DNA of 63,910 nt, filler included, from Bigelowiella natans CCMP2755 (Eukaryota; Protista; Cercozoa), in assembly GCA_000320545.1 (NCBI GenBank). It is 7 parts of 7 records of this genome, joined end to end, with 100 filler letters (N's around TTAATTAATTAA, not from the genome) between each part and the next. Parts side by side here need not be neighbours in the genome. Positions count along the whole stretch, not along the records: positions 1 to 19,774 come from ADNK01003214.1; 6 more parts are not named here. One strand, written 5' to 3'. The first letter of the stretch is position 1, and each line of letters starts with the position of its first letter. The notes under the pieces are model-generated. The model had not been told where the DNA came from, made no database searches, and was given only the letters and a program-made list of their open reading frames with translations. Position numbers and translations under genes: made by a program. This document shows, in pieces, positions 1-12,949 of the stretch.

Positions 1-547
1 GGGGGTATAAGCACGGTGACAACAAGCGCACTCGTACGCGTCGCAACCATCGGTGGTATGTGAGTTTCATTTCTCCCAGCTCTATTGAGAAAGAACAGCG
101 AGGAAAGCCGATGAAGATACAGCAGGACGATATACTTCGCAGTGAGGATGGTAGAGCACAACAACACCACGACGAACTAACAACCCGGACAGATATAACG
201 TATTACGGATGTTTTGAGCTGAAAGCTTCCGGGGAGATCGTGTAGAGGAATACGCTCACGCACCATATCATCGGCAATTCATCCATAAGCTAATGCAAAA
301 CAAACGGTGATATGGATTGGCGCCACCGACAAATGAAGAGATGATGCCTCGTTTGCGTTTGTTCGACATTGTGCTTTGAAGTGGTTCGGCGTTGATTGCT
401 ATTTTCTCCACGTTGAAAAAGAAAGGCGTGTTTGCATGTACACTCTGTGTGCGTATTGTATGTATGGCACCTGTGCAGATCGATACAAGGTACAGTGGAA
501 GAGGGTTGACCCAATGCCAACAACCTTAGAAAGGTTATATAAATATA

Positions 548-585
<38 letters not shown>

Positions 586-1480
586 TATATAATTTGTTAT
601 GTATGTAATTATGTGCGTGTGCGTGTTCTCCCGCCCTGAATAAGCAGTGTATTGTAGAGAAGATGCATAATAACACCCTCTCCCCTCCCCCTTCACTTAC
701 CATTAGTGCAAGGTAGCACAGCTTGAACCTGCTCTCCAGGTGATACTGTCGGGACTTCTCATATCCATACCTTAGATTCAAAAGAATCACAATTTTGAGC
801 GTCGTCAACTCACCAAACCACACGAAACAACGACACTGGATGCCATCGGCAAGGTTCAACCGCACGCTGTATCCTTCGACGAGTAGTAACATGATGCTCA
901 TTTTTCAAAACAGTTATAAGTCGGAAAATCCATCGTGTGAAGTACCACCCAGCGCCTGAATATATTTGTCAAAGAAGAAGAATGAGTCTTTTATCCGAGG
1001 AAGACGACGCATAGGAATGTCATCCATGGCTCAGAGCATTTACCTATAATGGCGATGTTGCTCAATGTATTCCAGAACTCTAAAAGGCAAGGGTTTTATA
1101 TGTTTAAATTGGCCATGTTCGACGAAAGTTTAAAGCTTCGAAACTCCCATGTATAAACTTAAATGTTGTTACATCATCTGCTAGGTTGCGTGCGTGTTAG
1201 CGTGCAATCGCGTGCTCGGATTATGTGAAGCAGTAACCTGCAACGATGGAGCTAACGACATAATTTTCTTCGCACCTTCAAAACGGTATATCTTTTTCAG
1301 TGCGCGTACATGTGTTATATGTATCTTATTGTTTCATCACCAATCGAGTGTTGCAGTTATTCTCCCCCAAAAAGACTGAAGTTCCCTCTTGATTTCCTCA
1401 GGAGGGATAGCATCACCGATAGCACGCCAAAGAGTTTTCGCTGCTCCGCTCTCTGAACCAATACAAAACAATAAGGAACG
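1..1480 (-). CDS. Alkaline ceramidase (ACER3/YPC1-like, CREST superfamily), multi-exon; 3' end runs off the window, start codon uncertain
   Basis: Spliced minus-strand exons with GT-AG ends give FWGRITATLDW|CEENYVVSSIVA|EFWNTLSNIAII (about 1370-1044), YLALM|VVGIGSTLFHCTLYRSAQ|LMDELPMIWC (about 770-260). These match the DWCEENY..AEFWNTxSN, GSxxFH and DELPM motifs of alkaline ceramidases. Confidence 0.92.
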
Positions 1481-1726
1481 AACTCGAAGCTGACAAATGT
1501 GCGACGTGAGTTGCAATATCAATCATCACATTATTTTTTCATTCTAAGAAATCCCAAATCGGATTCTCTCATCTTCCATCTAATGGAATCGAAGAAACGC
1601 AAAGCAAAGGGCGGTTCCCGTAATTAACCCTAGCCGAAGGCTCTACTACTCCCACTGTGGCTATCCATCTCGATTGAGGGACCTGGAAGTGCCATGGAGA
1701 ATCGAGTACACAGTCCCACAGCGCTT

Positions 1727-1817
1727 CTTTTCGTCACCTGCGACATAAAATAAATGATGTCGCACCATTTATGAGGATCTCTTTTCGTCACTTGCGACAT
1801 GAAATAAACGATGTCGC
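1727..1817. repeat. Two direct copies of a 37-nt hairpin-forming unit (tgcgacat...atgtcgc)
   Basis: cttttcgtcacctgcgacataaaataaatgatgtcgc (1727-1763) and cttttcgtcacttgcgacatgaaataaacgatgtcgc (1781-1817). Confidence 0.9.
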
Positions 1818-1989
1818 GTACTGAAGCTCAGAATTTCAACGACCAATGATCAAATCAACTTAGCGTCAATTTCCTGCTTCTCCCTTTCTCCCCTCTCCCC
1901 AATTGCCTCTCCCGCTCGACCACCCTCTCCAACTTGATCAGAACTCTCATCGATTCGATGCTGTTCATTCGATGCACTCCTTCCTCGGA

Positions 1990-2720
1990 TATGACGACCA
2001 CTGTGAGTCTCGACCTGCTGCTGCCAGTCGACACCAGCTAGTTTTGACCACCACCAACAGCTAGAACAGGGTGCTGACAAGACACGCAATGATTCGTGTT
2101 TGTAGGCGCGGCTTCGTGCAACTGCGTGCTGCTAATGTGGTCCTTGCGCACGTTGTTTTGGGTTAATTCTTGGTGCAATGTTCGATGTTCATCGAAAAAA
2201 ACGACATCGTCGTCCAGACGTGCGCGTGCGTGCGCAACCCGTCGCACTCAGTGCCAGATGGGTTTGACCACGTGTTGTCAGCATGCAGCACGCGATTGTG
2301 CCGAAGATGGATTAGTTGGACTTTTGAGTGCCTGCGAGCAAGAGTGCACGTTTCAGGTCACACTAGCATCGTCAGAAATGTCTGATTTGCGTGTTCTGTG
2401 CGATCACCGCCACATCATTCTAGCAAATCACATTTAGGTTAGCAGTAGGTCGTTAGTAGGCAAATTCCATGTCGCGCAATTTTTGCCACTGCTAGCTAGC
2501 ACTGGCGATAGTAGGGAAATGAAATGTGGGGTATGGTCTACACACGGCGGTCTGTGCTACAAGCATGAGATTGTGAGGCATGCTAGCATGTGCACACGTC
2601 TAGGTGGGTGCATGCATGTTGTGTGCACAACGCACTGAGCCTTTTGTGCACACACATTGCATTGTGTACCGATTCATCAATTTATCATTTTTGTGACTTT
2701 AAGAGGTGTGTTTGTCAGGT
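1990..2720. other. TpA-poor, CTAG-rich block (moderate)
   Basis: Remaining TA lies mostly in TAG/CTA contexts. Contains catg-ctag-catg at 2579 and cactg-(ctag)2-cactg near 2487. Confidence 0.65.
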
Positions 2721-3829
2721 ACTAGGTTCTATTTTGCTCGCATTTTGGGTTGAATTAGACTGTTTCTCTCCTTTGGCAAGCACTCCTATGATGACTACAT
2801 GTCCATAAGATTCGAATTGAACCTTCTGAGGGGTAAGATACTTCTTATCTTCAGACTTACAGTCGCCTTTGCCTTCCAAATATGCTTTAACTCCTAGGTT
2901 AAAAGTCTTTGCAGTGGTTGGGAAATGGGCATTCCGGCCTCTGGTAAAGGAAAATCCGAAGTCTTTTCCGGTGGCTCCTATTCTAGCGTTATTTGATGAA
3001 AGAAGCTTTTTTATCCCCCCAGGATGATGAGATTTCTCACTGGAAACGAAATCCGAGCAGTCGCACACAAACCCGTCAATGATCGCAAGAAAATGCTCAC
3101 TGTCTTTCTCGTTATGTGCCTGGATTTCGGAAGGCCAAAAGGGACGAGGGGAGCACTTTTTCAACGACGAAGAGACGCTGATGTGGCTTGGATTAAGCTC
3201 CTCGGACCTAAGAATGCGTACCACTTTGAGCTATGGCTACAGTTTCTGTTCCGGTGTGCAACTCTTACCCATGATCAGCTGACACGACCGCCATTCGGAA
3301 GGATTCAAAAATGCGAAGTGCGATATTTGATATTTCGATGTCGCTATGATGATATCCGCGCCTTTCCCGAAAATAATGTACCAGATATTTCGACCGTGCA
3401 AGCCTGTGAAATACAGGATGTTCCTTAGTCGCGACAAAAAAAACGTGACGCCTAACAGCTTACAACGAGCGTCGTAATTTAGTAAAGTAACACAGATAAG
3501 CAGAAGGTTCTCACGGGAAAATAACAAATATCACGATAAACCGATGGAGAAAGAGAAGTGCGACAAGCAAATTTAAATGAAAAGAGGACGTTTATCGACG
3601 GCAGCGCGTGCTCCAACAGAGAGAGCTTAGCTAGTACACGCAGGAAGGCCGTCCTGGTTGCTTCAGACGCTCGCTCATCATCATGATGACACTCTTCATC
3701 ATGACACCCAACAAAGCAGAAAAGGGCGTCTATCCGTGAAAGAAATTTCTGAATGCAAAAACAGAAAGTGTTCGCCACAATAACAACTCAACCAAACACA
3801 TTCACATCACGCCCTTCCGCGATAACTAG

Positions 3830-4716
3830 ATGACGAAGGCCCCAGATAGCCGCTCTGCTGCGCCGACATCAGTGCGCGAGCAAGCTGCCTTCTCCCCTTA
3901 CATCAATACGAACAACTCCCCTCGTCATAGAAACCAGGAAGAAAAACGTAAGAATATGAGCGAGTTCCAGCCAAACCCCTCCCCAAGCCAAAACATGACG
4001 AACAACGGCCCAGACGCCAAGGAGGGAGAGGACTGCCACTACGACAACCCCCTGAGCGAGGGTAACGTTGTGAGAGGAGATGATCCCGGGCTGTTCAAAC
4101 AAGAGGCACGCTCCAGACTAGTGTCGCGGCGTCCCAGCGTATCAGCGAATAATGACAGCAATGCTAGATATGAATTTCACCGAGTTCCTACGATGCGAAA
4201 TCTGAAGGTAGGTGTGCTCTCGAGAGAGAGTTTCCAAAAGAAAAGAGAGAGACAGAAACACAGAGGAGGGAGAGAGAGACAGAGGAGGGAGGGGGAGAGA
4301 GAGAGGGAGAGAGAGAGAAAGAGAATGAGAGAGAGAAGGAGAAGGAGAAAGAGAGAGAGAAGGAGAGAGGTCTTTGTAATGTAATTGCTCTTCCTCGACT
4401 ACGTAACAGGTGAGCGAAGGCATCGACGTTTTCAACATTGAGAAGTTCATAAAGCACCTCGTATATCACTCTTGCTATCCTCTCACAATTCCATTGGTAA
4501 TTGTTGTAGTAGTATTAACGCAGTCGTTTCAATGCACACCAACCTTCTGCACTTCTACATCATCCTCACAGTATCGCACTCCTACCCCTTATTCACATAG
4601 CATGTAACAACTAAGTGCCGCTCGAATATTCTAGGTAATACTTGTAGAAGGATGGAATAGAACGTACAACCTCGCATTTCTACCAACCTACGAGGCTGCT
4701 ACTTGCAAAGTAAGCG

Positions 4717-4760
<44 letters not shown>

Positions 4761-5221
4761 GACAGACAGTTCATAGCACAATGAAGGTCAACTTCCCAAG
4801 TGGTTCTTGCGCATGTTGTTTCCTTGCATAAGTGTCCAAATGTCGTTTTTGCCGTTAGATATTCATTGTCCAGCTGTCGATGGCTTTGCTGTTTTGGTAG
4901 TTATTTCCAACGCACAAAACACACATTGGCAAAATAATTGAAAAATTCTAATGTACATCAAAAGCCGCTTGCTTTAAAACAACGAGGAGTGCAGTCAAAC
5001 GCAGGGCATTGGATGAGACTCATGCTTTCAAACCTGCCATTTCCCCCCAAAAAACGCGACTTTCACTACACCTCTATCCAAGATTACGATGGCAGAAATG
5101 TAATTCTTCTATGTTTGCTCAATAGGGCGATGATAGCGTGTCAAGCCTTAAACGACGACCCACCTGATACTATATTCCTAGTCATCCCAACAGCTCTTTA
5201 CTTCACTCACAAGCTTATGGT

Positions 5222-5256
<35 letters not shown>

Positions 5257-6019
5257 TCGTCGTTTTTAATCGTATGGTAGAAGTGGATCATGATCTCCCG
5301 TAGCAATGCTGCAAGCACACGCATACTTGAAGAAGGCGTATTCATTCGTTCATGTTCATCCTTCGGTGTTGGTTGTGCGTGTCAGATCGCATCGAAGTAT
5401 GCTGTCTTAGACGATGGAACCCATGAATGGCTGGGAAGCACCGTGGTAGGCCTCCATTCTGCTGAGTAGTACTCCAAAGCCCATCCCGCGAGTCAACCTT
5501 CGGGTGGACCGCTCGAGTACTGTTCTTGCTGCTGCCTTGTTTCACCATCTCCATTGCTTCAAAAATGATTTATCTGGCTGCTACTAGATCGAGCGACGAA
5601 TCCTTGAGTCTATTGAGCTGCATACGTGGAGAAAGGTGCTACCCTTCCTTGTTTATTTGAAGTCTCCCCCTCTATGACTGATGGAGGTGGAGGCTACATG
5701 CTTTACACTGATATGACTCATATCACTTATGCAGCTGAACGAAAACGAGATCCTTCAACAGCTTAAATATGCTGCGGAACGTCGTGGAATTGATATCTAC
5801 GACATCCATTTCTACCTATATAAGGACATTTATAGAGAGGCTGAAAAAGTGATAAACGTGGACGAAATCGCGGTAGATATCAAGGGGGCTGTAGAACCTG
5901 GCCAGAAGGTCATGAACGTATACACACCGGGCATCAATCGTGTCGAATGGTTATGATGCATAAGCTACATCAAGTTTAATGTTCTTATCATCGCTACCAT
6001 AATTTATATAAATACAATA

Positions 6020-6053
<34 letters not shown>

Positions 6054-9000
6054 CTTTCTCACCCGATATCAGGCGACCAAGTGTGAAGGCGAACACAATG
6101 ACGGTACCATGCGAGCTCGCGCCACGAGAGTTGTGGAACATAAGTCCAAAACGGGAAGAGGCAATGAGAGCGATAAGAATCAGCTCACGGACGCTGTCCA
6201 TGAGAAAGGGATGAATCGTTGCCTAGAATCAGGAAGTGAACTTAAGCGATGTGTCGGTACGGAAGAGGCTAATCCTATCAACGCAACCGCGAAGAGGAGA
6301 AAAGCAAATTTCAAAGCACATAATGGTGAATGTAGCCGAGTAGATGAACGACGAAATCTGTCAGGTCTTGTGAAAATCAAGGCGATTCCAATAGCGACCC
6401 GCATCGTCGCTCTTTCCTTGACCGACTATAGTACGACATGGCATGAATGTGTGATCTGGGCTATCTCAATCGCCCAAGGTGAGGATGGGGTCCTTCATGT
6501 CATGATGAGGATGATGTTCAATATATGTGCTCCCGATGATGTCGATAATAAAGACGAAATTTGGCTCATGGTAGTGATTCTTTTGATGATTATGACAACG
6601 ATGAAGATTATAATGATAAGTATGATCATTATTAAAACGATGATAACTGTAAGCATCACATAAATACTACTTCATCAGTTGGTAAAATCGAAATCAAAAT
6701 AACCCCCTTTTTCCTACTCGTACTCTAGCTTGCATTCCCGTAATCGTGTCCCTAGGCTGGAGGGGGGCGGTGGGCAACAACTCTGCTCTAACACTCATCC
6801 AGGTCAGTTGTAAGGTTGTAAAGAAGTAGAGCAGACAGGATAAATACACAATTTGGTATACAGCCTAACACATTTCTTCGACAGCATATTGTCGATTTTC
6901 TCTGCGCACACAATATTTAGATACGGTTCTGTTGACTTGACGATAGTATTTGTGATAACGCTGATGATACCGTAGGTGTGCTTCGGATGGTTTTTAACTT
7001 GTATGTACTTCTACGTGGCACTGATGTTCATCGATGGTGGCCGACATGATAATATACGAAGAGCTAGAATCGTGCAGGCTGCAGGGGGTGGGTCTATTCA
7101 CATCACATTACATAATAAGCGAAGTTGTATAAAAATATAGTGGTGATAGAATAGTAAGTATTTCTATCGCTCACTCACTCGCATTTTAAATTCATGTTCA
7201 AGAAAATATTTGAGAGCATTCTTTTCATGTAAAACTTGCATGTTAATATACTGAGCAGCTTTGATTGACGTCGACTCGCCTCTATTCTTCCCCAAATGGT
7301 ATGCGACATTATTTGTCGATCTTGCGTGGCCTCAGGTACATACCTTGTAGTGATGTAAGAACGAAAGCAGATGTATTGAAAATCACACCATTGTATGATG
7401 TAACATATAATGTGATATACATATATGGATATTATATATATTAGTGGCAAGTGGTAAGTGGCAAGCGCATTTGATGCTATTTATGTCCTACATATTTGGC
7501 AAGCAACTGCATATTCGTACCATAAAACGTGAAGAGGAAAGAATATCTTGGCTTAATAAGTATTCAGACGAAATATAGTTTATACATTTTGAATAGTAAC
7601 TCCTACAATCCCCTCCCCCCCTCCCTCAATCTTTACTACCTCTCAGAATATTAGTGCTTGGGTTAAACTCCGCTGGTTATTACTGAATATCGGGTATCTT
7701 ACATAGCACATCATTGTTTCACGATGAGCTTGCAACTTGCAACTTTTTCAATTATTTGATTACTTGGAGTATAGTTACAAATGAATAGTTGGCAATAGTG
7801 TGAGACCCCACACATTCATCATCTTTGAGATGACACCATGATCACATTGCAATCTTTCGGCAGTGGGCAGTTTAGAACCAGGATCACGATATACTCTTCA
7901 TACGTTACGATATTTCTCCTCGCTCTAGTGCTCTACGTCATAGCCGGTTCTGGATTCACATATTACACGATAAAAGATGTTTCATTACATATTTGCACCT
8001 TAAATCCAATCTTGTCAGATAGTATGTAGAGAAATACGAACTCAAACATAGCGTCAATTTATGAAGAATGGATCATTGGTTCCATGATCAATATAGTCCT
8101 CTCCAAGCAACTACTCTTCTCTGCTTCACCGCTATCATCACTATTGTCTACACGTCTAAAGTTTCAGAACGTTTTGATGCTAGACACAAGATCAAACTAA
8201 TGTTTTTCCCACTGCGAATACAATGTTTCTACAGCAATCTTCACAGAGACGTTGAACGAAGTCACTTTTGTGACTGTTGCTTTCATGCTAATTTGTATCG
8301 GTATCAAAACATAAATTTTCATGTTTATAATGTGTCACCGTGTCACCCCGATTTGAAGATCAGTTCTTGATGACTATACTATTGATGATTAAACATTTGA
8401 ATAATCATAACTCACGTGTTCATGTCCCTACATCTTCATTCCCTCTTTGTTGCTCCTTCCTAATAGGGTTCTTGCTCATATCGTCAATCTGGTATGCATC
8501 AGCTACAAACGAACAATTTCAGTATCAAAGCCGTTCCCTAGCAAGGATTCAATTGCGTCTAAGAGAACTACGAGCAGAAGCAAGAAGTAGCAAATGCTAC
8601 TCCCACATTAAGCGGAAACACATAGACGATAGGCTAAAGGTATTCATTTGAAACATTCATAACTGGTAGAATAAAGGAATGACAATTATTGATGATGATT
8701 TGAATATCCTATTGTTTAAAATGAATAGGCATAATTGCTTGATGTGTTTTTATATCAAAATTCTCATTTGTGCAGCGAGCAGATAGACTGATGGAATCCG
8801 CAGTTGTTCTATTGAATCATGACTCAAAACTGGAGCCCGTAAAAATTCTTGGTGATAATAATATTATTAATATGTTTTTACAAATTATGCTCGAAACTCG
8901 CCGATAAATATCAATGGCTTATTGATTTTCAGCACTGTTTCGAAAATCAGTATGCCTTCAAATCATCACTAGCAACTCTTATCAATCGATTGGAAAGTTA

Positions 9001-9165
9001 TCGAGTAATTTTGATTTTACAATACGAATCGTGATCTGTGCTTCCCTGGATTTATGTAGCATCCTTGGTGTGGGCACCGTATTGAAATAATGACATATTT
9101 GGTTTGCTGGACAGGTTTTGATGCTTCAAAAGAGCTTTACACGACGTTGGCCACTATTATCGTAG
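3830..9165 (+). CDS. Multi-exon multi-pass membrane protein, PHTF-like / 7TM ion channel (7TMIC) type C-terminus; last exon not resolved
   Basis: Spliced exons give FYVALMFIDGGRHDNIRRAR.., LFVDLAWPQ|NISAWVKLRWLLLNIG|GQFRTRITIYSSYV.., SSIWYASATNEQFQYQSRSLARIQLRL..DDRLK|RADRLMESAVVLLNHDSKLEPVKILG|FDASKELYTTLATIIV. This parallels, in order, the PHTF C-terminal motifs as I recall them (NIKMWLSLR..G; GSETNKKY; PFRLYGL..NP.LYN). Confidence 0.7.
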
Positions 9166-9479
9166 GTCATATTAAAATCTTAAAATACTGCCAACATAGT
9201 AGTAAAAGGAAAATGATCGATCGAGAAGTAAATTCATGCGTATGTATGAGTATTGATTGTTTGTTTCTATGCATTCCATTATGAAAGACGCTATAGCATC
9301 TGTAATTATGATCACTCCATTGTCGTTTGTTCGTGTTCAACACATCAAGGGTGCCTTCATCATCTTCAATGTTTCCTTTTGTTCGTATTGCTTACGTAGT
9401 TGTGTTCATAGTTCCGATCTCGTCTTGGGTTGATGATGTTTTTTTGTGTTTTCTATCCCATGTCAGGAACTGTGTTCAC

Positions 9480-10560
9480 TGTGCTTCTTGAGTTTTACAT
9501 CAACCAGCATTCTTGAGTCTCACATCAACCAGCAATGAAGCAATGAAGCAATGATCATGCACAGTTTTCCGTTTGATGGGATGATGGCAAAGTTGTTGTG
9601 CACAATGCATATTGAAGAGAAACAGTCCATTGAATCTGCATCTCTTACAGCATCGTTTGCGACGACTAGACGAAACTAAATGCGTGTCTAGTTGTGCTCA
9701 TGTGTGAGTCGTGGGGATGTGACATGTTTTCACAAGTGCCACACACTGGCACACGCTGGCATGCTTCGGTGATGCTCATGGCACTCTGGGGCGAGAGTGT
9801 TGTGCGATGTGTTGGCACAAGCTGGCAAGCTGACAAGCTAGCTAGCTAGCAAGCATGACAAAGGCAAACACCAACTGTCTGCACAATTGCAGTCCCAGCA
9901 CACAAGCTAGCAAGCTGCAGCTGCAGTGCACGCTGACAGGAATCTGGCAATGCAGAGCGCTGGAATGGCCCACTTTCGCAACAGCTGAGAAGCAATTTGA
10001 CTGGCACTGCTGGACTGCCAAAACAGGGAACACACATCTAGACGTACCAGAAACTCACACTCTGCTGGTCTGTGTCTGAATGACGTGAAACGACACTGAA
10101 CTCAAAACAGTGCTCAGACCCATCTAGCCATTGCCATCGAAGAGTGTTTGCAGCAGCACTCAGCACAAGCAAATGTTCTGATCATTTTCACTTTGCTGGT
10201 TTGTTTGCGGACGATGCCAAAATGAGTCTTGATTCATTGATTGCTTGTGCTCACTTCGTCATTCCAAGGTGCACACTTGTGCTGCAGGTGAGCTGGAAAA
10301 AACGTTCGTCTTGTTGCTGCTGGAGTGTTTGTCGAATGAGCGTGACCATTCCAACCCTGCGACAATGACAATTTCATGCCGTTCGTGCAAACGACATTCA
10401 TTTGCTCCGACTTGCATGAAGAAAGCCCCTGAGTTTCTCAGATGTTTCAGACATTGCAATCTTGGAGAGAGACAGATCATTGGCTCGGTCGTAGTTGGAA
10501 ATGGCCTGGATTGCATGTTCCCTCATGATCGAGCCTCGCTAAAACCCGCTTTAGGCAATC
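9480..10560. other. TpA-depleted, CTAG-insertion block
   Basis: Very few TA outside CTAG. Contains acga-ctag-acga 9662, caag-(ctag)3-caag about 9834, caag-ctag-caag 9903 and ccat-ctag-ccat 10120. Confidence 0.85.
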
Positions 10561-11188
10561 AAGAGCAGCTATCATAAAATGAGGGAACGACAAGCACCTT
10601 TGTTGTCGCAACAGCCACAATGCACTGGGCCGCCCCGATTCTGACCTAAATCGAGAGTGCGAAGTCCCCAGATTGATGCTTGCGCGAGTACTGTAGTTGC
10701 TGCTTCGGAAGCTTCGAACCGTATTGCGGAGATGCAGGGCATGGTTGAAGAGCGACAAAGTTTTGTGCTCCGGAGCAAGATAAATTGCTGGCAGCATTAA
10801 ACCACGCACAGGGCGCTGAGCTGAGTTCGAGGTAGATCCTCATGGCGACCAAGCTTGCTCCTTTTCCTACGTTTTCTCAGATGGTAGTCCTTGAGTGGGT
10901 TCTAATGAATGGCGGACATCATGAAGCGTCCGCATGACCAGGAGCCACCTGAGAAGTGTAAGAGGCGTCGCCCTATGCACGAGCATGGACAACCGGAACC
11001 AGAACCAACCAGTTCTCAATCATCAGGTTTTGAACCGTGTTGAAAATTAACTGTATCAATAGCACAACAGCGGAAGTTGCATTTTGAAATTTTTTTTGTC
11101 TTGGGATGCCAGCAACCGCCACATACTCGTGGCTGTTGGATAGACATTTAGAAACATACATCATGACCCTGCTATTTCTATTTAATGC

Positions 11189-12808
11189 ATGGGTATCCCT
11201 TTGTCACATCTCTCCTACCTTGTGATGACTTTGCTTCACCTTGTGCACCCCTTAGGTGTCCCACTCCTCCCGTCATCTACTAGCTATCCAACAGATATAT
11301 CCCCCATCCACACACCAGTTCGTCTAGTTCACAGAACAAAGGTTTTGTGCAATCAACTGAGGCATAGTATTTGTAATAGTTTGTTTTACTACAGGATAAT
11401 CGACCTCGCCCTTACGTATGCGACATTTGCCATCGAAGATTTACGAAACTGAGCAATAAGGATGTAACGTTTCAGTCTCCATTGCAGTGACACAATGATT
11501 CATGCATTGATGAATACATTTAGAGACACAGGAAACTTCATACAGGAGAAAAGCCATACGTGTGCAATATCTGCTCTAACAAGGCGTTTGCTCGACTGAG
11601 CTGCTTAAGGGTATCCGAAATCCGTCTTGAATTTTCTTGCTGATGTCAAGTTGTATACTATGTCAGCGCCATCAGAAATCGCATTCTCGAGAAAGACTTC
11701 TTGTTTGTTCATTTTGTGGAAAGCGGTTTGTTCATTCCAGCGATTTGCGAGTACGTACATTACATCGATTCGTGAGTCATACATCACACCATTTTACTGG
11801 TTTTAGAGACATCAAGTTCACCAGCACTCGCAGCTTCCAGCTTTTGAGAGAGAGGCTACTCTTCCACACAGCCCAATACCTCCCCTTGAGTCTGTTCCAC
11901 TACCAAGTCCGCCTCGAAAGACTAACCTCGAACAACCATCGTCGTCATACTACCGAAAGCCTTCGAAGATTTCTCCCGTCGCTGAACTATCAAGCCCATC
12001 TCCAATTAGCTCTCTTCCTTCGCCATACCACAGTCCTCGGTACTCTCACACATTTCCAAAGAATCCCAACTCGTCCCAGGGAACTCCTGAATCACAAAGA
12101 TATTTCCATCCATCGTACCATAGCAATAAAAGCCTGTCAAGTACGCCAGTGTTTCCTCAGTCTGATCTACATAATGTGGGGTTACTTCCCTCAATTCCTC
12201 CAGAAGAACTAAAGCAAAAAAGTAAATATCTACCAAGACAGCCTAGTCTGCAGCAGACAAGCTGGTCTAGAAATGTAAATCCTCCACGTAATTCCCCAAC
12301 AACAATAAGCCTTATAGACATACCAAAAGAAGTTTTTGTTCACCCCCGTCCTTCATTGTACATTGATTCGCATGACGTTCAAGAAGGGCACAAAGATTTG
12401 CGAGTCTCAGGGCGAACTTCATCTCAGCGAAAAGACCGCTCAGGGCGTGATCTCAGAGTGATTCCCTACACCTATGCACGTATTGAAGAAAGTGGTGAAA
12501 TCGAGGAACCCAGTACCAATCTCCGTTTTGTTGCATCTGTACCTCGACGAATTCCTCCGCTCGCTTCAAGAATTCCTCATATATATGCAGAGGAAACTCT
12601 TCAAACTGCACCGATATCTTTGTTACCTTCGATTAGGACTTCTGTTTTGTGGCGTTATGACTCGCCACCGCTTGAGGCAGAAGTTGATGCACGATCTTTA
12701 CTACGAGAGCGATTAGCTGCAGATGCAGTTCGCCACGCACACAGTCAACAAACATATTTCAAGTCTGAACAAAAAAAGTACCTTGATAGGAACGACGTAG
12801 AAGCCTAA
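11189..12808 (+). CDS. C2H2 zinc-finger protein (3 fingers) with a Ser/Pro-rich C-terminus
   Basis: Spliced exons give [19 protein letters not shown]|[29 protein letters not shown]|[28 protein letters not shown]|RHQVHQH, including the canonical TGEKPY linker. The last exon continues into ORF 12149..12808. Confidence 0.9.
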
Positions 12809-12949
12809 CAGCTCTTTCACTTACGTTAAAATTCACATTTTTGCTTACAGTCATACTAAATTACATGAACAACCCGCTAAAAATATCGTTGCGAGTTGGG
12901 GCACGTGAACTAGCACTGCTTGAGTTTGGATTACTGCTCAAAAGTCACC

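Noticed and set aside
2715-3778. Minus-strand ORFs 2715..3224, 3237..3527 and 3479..3778 as one gene
   Set aside because: I could not join them in frame through the visible GT-AG sites and recognised no motif. They may still be coding.
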